Source of the DNA: Hormiphora californensis | Taxonomy: Eukaryota; Animalia; Ctenophora | Reading direction: 5' to 3' | Length of the DNA stretch: 64,000 nucleotides | NCBI GenBank assembly: GCA_020137815.1 | Contig: CM035353.1 | Location: 1,922,001 to 1,986,000 of the forward strand | Shown here: piece by piece, positions 54,593-60,500 of the stretch | How the letters are laid out: each line of letters starts with the position of its first letter | Numbering within the stretch: the stretch's first letter is position 1 | Made by a program: the position numbers and the translations under genes | Notes under the pieces: model-generated | Seen by the model: the letters and a program-made list of their open reading frames with translations, nothing else | Told to the model about the DNA's origin: nothing | The model's database searches: none

Positions 54593-57500
54593 ACAGGGCG
54601 CTCGAACTCCGTCGCGAGTCGCCAGGTTCCGGCTAGGGGCGCATGCTCGTCAGGGGAGGGGGGTGAACCCCCATTTGCATGGTCAGGGCTCAGCCCGCGG
54701 GGGATAGGGGCGAGCCCCCGGATAGGGTCCAGTGGGCTGCAAGCCGTGGGGCAAGGGCGAGCCCCTGGAATAATTTGGGCGTTGACTTGTCATTTAGAGC
54801 GTAATCATGGACCAGTATTTCCTGATTCGGTCGGTTCCTGACAGGTATGTATGAGCGGGGGGCCCGGGGGTATATTAACTCAGCATCTCGTAACAATTCA
54901 CTCTGTTGCTCCAGGACAAAACCACTCAGCATCTCGTAACAATTCACTCTGTTACTCCAGGACAAAACCACTCAGCATCTCGTAACAATTCACTCTGTTA
55001 CTCCAGGACAAAACCACTCAGCATCTCGTAACAATTCACTCTGTTACTCCAGGACAAAACCACTCAGCATCTCGTAACAATTCACTCTGTTGCTCCAGGA
55101 CAAAACCACTCCATCCGGTGACACTGTCGTACGAAGAGATTCTAGAGTACGAGGCAGCGTTTAAAGCTGTAGACGTTGATGATGACGGCCACATTGATGT
55201 AAAGGAACTTGGTAGGTGGATGGAGGCATCTCATGTCCAAATATGGGCATCCAATATTGACATCTCCTGCCCAAATATGGGCATCCAATATTGACATCTC
55301 CTGTCCAAATATGGGCATCCAATATTGACATCTCCTGCCTAAATATGGGCATCCAATATTGACATCTCCTGCCCAAATATGGGCATCCAATATTGACATC
55401 TCCTGACTCCTGCCCAAATATGGGCATCCAATATTGACATCTCCTGCCCAAATATGGGCATCCAATATTGGCATCTCATGTCCAAATATGGGCATCCAAT
55501 ATTGACATCTCCTGCCCAAATATAATGGGCATCCAATATTGACATCTCCTGCCTAAATATGGGCATCCAATATTGACATCTCCTGCCCAAATATAATGGG
55601 CATCCAATATTGACATCTCCTGCCCAAATATGGGCATCCAATATTGACATCTCATGTCCAAATATGGGCATCCAATATTGACATCTCCTGCCCAAATATA
55701 ATGGGCATCCAATATTGACATCTCCTGCCCAAATATAATGGGCATCCAATATTGACATCTCCTGTCCAAATATGGGCATCCAATATTGACATCTCCTACC
55801 CAAATATGGGCATCCAATATTGACATCTCCTGCCCAAATATGGGCATCCAATATTGACATCTCCTGCCTAAATATGGGCATCCAATATTGACATCTCCTG
55901 CCCAAATATGGGCATCCAATATTGACATCTCCTGCCCAAATATGGGCATCCAATATTGACATCTCCTGCCCAAATATGGGCATCACGTGACACGACTGTT
56001 TAAAATTTTAAAAGCTATTTCATTCCCCCTGCTACAGGAACACTCTTGACGGGTGTAGGACTGCGTCCAAGCGAAGATGAGATAAGTGAGATGATAAAGA
56101 GTGTTGATCACGACGGAGATGCGGTAAGTGTCACGTGTCACTTATTACCATATAAGGATATATGTGTGTGTCACGTGACAAACACTACGACTTGTAATTT
56201 TCCAACGAATTTGTATTTTTGTCAGGTTTTGAATCTCTGCGAGTTCATAAACTTGATGTCACGACAGCACAACCCCTTTGTCACACCATTCAGCCAGTTT
56301 AAAGCGGTATTCCGGTAGGTTATCATGATAGTGCATCCCTTCCCTTCCTACCATAATTACTACTACTACAATTATTTCTAATTTTAGGGTTTTTGACGGC
56401 GATAACAGCGGCAACCTCACTCACGGAGAATTCAAGGACCTCATATTTAGTCTCGGTAACAATACTTTGATAATATCTTCCGTGACCTAATATTAATTAA
56501 CATCACAATATGTGTGACACATGAATCCCTAATTTATGAGCATCACGTGGCTCCCATTTCCCTAATATGAGCATCACGTGGCTTCCATTTCCCTAATATG
56601 GACATCACGTGACTCTCTCTCTCCAGGACAGCGCTGTTCGGAGGATGAGCTGCGGTGCCTCCTTTCCTTCCTGGACCGTGACGACGATGGTAGTGTTAGT
56701 GAGGAGGAATTCATGAAGTTCTTCCTGCAGGACAGCCCCAAGTGGCTGGAGAGACTCGCTGAAATTGATACCAAGGTATAGATCTACCAACCAATCAGAA
56801 CTCGTTATTTAGGTCACGTGACTGGTTATCAGCCAATCAGGGACCAGTATTTCCTGATTCGGTCGGTTCCTATTACAGTCGGACCCCGATTTAGTGGCAT
56901 CCTCGGGGGAAAGAAATCCTGCCACTAAATCGGGGTGCCACTAATTCGGGGTGAGCCATATTTGGCCCATCAAAACCTTTTTTATGCCCAAAATGCTATA
57001 CTAAGACTAAAGACACCTTTAACTGTTATATGCAATATTCATGTATTGATGACCTGATCATTTCTGATTAGAAAAAGAAAACTACAAAATAAATTTTTCA
57101 AAAAAAAATGTGAAAAATTCTCGAAGTTATACCAGCCCGTCCGATTTGTGTTTCGAATCGGTGCAGCTTCCTGGATGTCCTGTCTAATTAGCGGGTTCGA
57201 ACCGAACCGATACGTGATACCATGCCGAATCGGGGCACCCTAAGCGGGTGAGGAAGTATCAAAATTTCAAAATAACTTTTTCTCTCAAAATTTATGGGGA
57301 GCACCGATCAAAGCATTGACAATCGTACTGTAAAATTTGCAAAAAAAAGTTTTAAAACTTTTTTGAAGGTATACCAGCCACATCCAAATCGTGTTTCGAA
57401 TCGGTGCATCTTATCGCATGTCCTGCTGCTAATTAGACGGTTTAGAACGAATCGAAACGTGATCCCCATCGAATCGAAATTTTGACGCTTGGTGAACTTA

Positions 57501-60500
57501 TGGTTCAATGGCCCCATTACATGGGGATCACGTATCGGTTCGTTCCGAACCGTCTAATTAACAGCAGGACATGCGATAAGATTCACTGATTCGAAACACG
57601 ATTAATCGGACGTGGCTGGTATTCCTTTGAAAAATTTTCAAAAAAATTTCACAAAAAAAATTCAAAAAAATTTTTGGGGGGAAAAAATCCTGCCACTAAA
57701 TCGAGGTGCCACTAAATCGGGGGCCACTAAATCGGGGTCCGACTGTACTTACAATCCCTCTCTATCCTACACAGAACAATGGAGCAGCGGCACGTGTGCT
57801 GAAAGATACCCTTGATGAGCTTATGATATCCTCAACATCTCAAAACCCATCTACTAGTACTAGCATCTCGGCTATTACCAAGCTGGCGGCCGCGAGACGA
57901 AGGAAGCCCAGCTCAGCCGGTGTAGCAGCACACCGCGTGACTTTAGTGTGCGAATAATAATAGTCGTCGTAGCAAGTAAACAACCAACTAGAACTCGGTA
58001 TTTAGGTCACGTGACTGGTTATCAGCCAATCAGGGACCAGTATTTCCTGGAATAATAATAGTCGTCGCAGAAAGATATACTATATTGTTCTATTCGATTC
58101 AGGTTCAATTTTGTGTAGCTCACACTGCATTTTATTTCATGAAACATTAGTGCGCCCTGTTCGGCAGAGTTCAACAGCTAATATATCGATAACCAACTGA
58201 CTAAACTTATTATATACATATCCTGTGTATGATATATTAATTAATTAATTAATATAATGTTTGATATAACTCACGTGTTTCCGTTTATTGCGGCGTGTAT
58301 AACAGCCCTGTTTTTCCAGTCAGTAATATAGGCAGCATTACGGGATACAGCAATTGAGAAAGCATGTATGTTGCCCAGTTGTGCTATTATAGCCCTCCCT
58401 GTTCCGTCCGTTTTAACCCGTTCCAGCACGTCCGTCATGGCATCCACCCAATATACTACCTGCGGGGTGGAGTATGTTATGTTCTAACCCTTCTTTACAT
58501 TTGTAACGCGCGAAACACAGTCTAGCTAGACAGATAAGAGTATGATCATTAGAGTTCGACCCTGTCTCACCGTAGCCCCCCCGAATGTAAAGGTGGGTTT
58601 CCAAATTTGGCCGGGGATTGTACCTGTGTATCTCTGTCCATGGTAAGACCATTTGGCCAGTGGACCTGCTCGGTGGTGAGTGCCTCACAGTTACTCCCAT
58701 CACCCCAGCACTTGTAAATTCCGGCCGACTGTTCACCCCAATCTGAGTAAAATAGCACCCCTCGGCCAGGGTCCAGGACAAGGGCACGGGGCTTGCTGTC
58801 TTCATCGAATTCTTTAATGATACGAGAATGGGATCCATCCGGCTTTACAACACCTGAAGGTGGAGATGATATGGTTACCATGGGTAGGGGGTGGTTACCA
58901 TGGTTACCATAGGTAGCTGGGGGTGGTTACCATGGTTACCATGGGTAGGGGTGGTTACCATGGGTAGGGGTGGTTACCATGGTTACCATGGGTAGGGGGT
59001 GGTTACCATGGTTACCATGGGTAGCTGGGGGTGGTTACCATGGGGAATGTGAGGGTATCATGGTTACATATATTTTGTCCGTTAGCATGGTAATACCAAT
59101 TGCTAGTTCAATACATCTCTCATACCCATAGTAAAAGTCCCCATACAGGTCCAGTATAGTATATCTGACACCCAGTCATACGCTAAACCATCAGGAGTAA
59201 GTAGACCCTTATCTAGTACAATAGTGGTGGTATTATCGGTGCCATGGAGACTGCCCATTGAGATGGCATCCACCAGCGGATCCGTCCAAAACACCCGTCC
59301 CTGGGAATATATTCATGGGTCAATCGCCCCCATGTTAGAACATACATCAAAACCCTGTCCTCCCATACATGGTTGAACAAGGCAAATAATGTTTCGACCA
59401 CGATCTTTTTTATCTGGATAAAAAGCAACATGGAACTATCGAGCAGGAACCGACCGAAACAAGTAAACAACCAATCAGAACTCTTTATTTAGGTCACGTG
59501 ACTGGTTATCAGCCAATCAGGGACCAGTATTCCTTATTCGGTCGGTTCCTGCTATCGAGCTTGTGGAAGCAATTATAAGTTGTTCCAGGTAAAATCACCT
59601 TTTTATAATCAAAGTCAATGGCTATGACTTTTCCTCCAAAGGCAAGATTAATCTTCTCGTGTACCCCATCGCCCAGTATAGACAACTTCCATATACTATA
59701 CTGGGATGCTAACAGCAGATAACTCTCTGGGGTGAGGGGAGGGGGTTAGTCTCATGAGAGTTGTAACTGGGAGTCTGGAGAGATGTGTTATACTCGCCGC
59801 CCTGTTTCAATTCATTACCCAAACCTTACCAGGATACTCACCTTTGCAAGCGCCATCAATTAGCTCGAAAAAGTCGGGACAACTGCACACTACATCCCCT
59901 GTCGCTGTCGTCGTGCATGTCTGGTCAGATAAACATCCTCCGTTGTTTGTCAGACACTTGGATTTGGCTGGATGGGGATAATAATATGATAGCATTTGTG
60001 GAGGTTTTTTTAAAAATGTTTATTTGGCACTTCATAGTTTCTATATCTGTCTGTTTATGCGGGTTGTAGTGACTCATTTTGTTAGTTTGGAATTGGGACT
60101 ACAATCTGCTTGCAAGCAGATTGTCGTCCCAATTCCAATGATATGATCACAAAACCACAAGACTAGAGTACCACAACAGAACTGGAATGTTTGATCAGAA
60201 AAGTGTGATTGTGAGAAGCGCGCAGCAGGGACCCGCGTGAACGAGTGCTGAAAATGTGCTTTTCACATACTCCACGTCGCGCGCCCTCCATGATTCTACT
60301 GGTTATGCTGGTACATGCGGGTACTGCTACATAATATACAAAAGGCAAAAGCTCAAAGAATATATTGCCAAGTTAGACTGCCATTTGTGCAAAGAATATA
60401 ACCACAAATCACGACTCATATTCCAAATTGTAATTCCTTACCACATGTTGTAAGACTATCCGCCAATTGTCCATCCTGACAACCACACACATATCCCGGA

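Noticed and set aside
53408-57957. Possible ctenophore photoprotein
   Set aside because: It has four EF-hands with calmodulin-like spacing, whereas Ca2+-regulated photoproteins have three functional EF-hands and different linkers.
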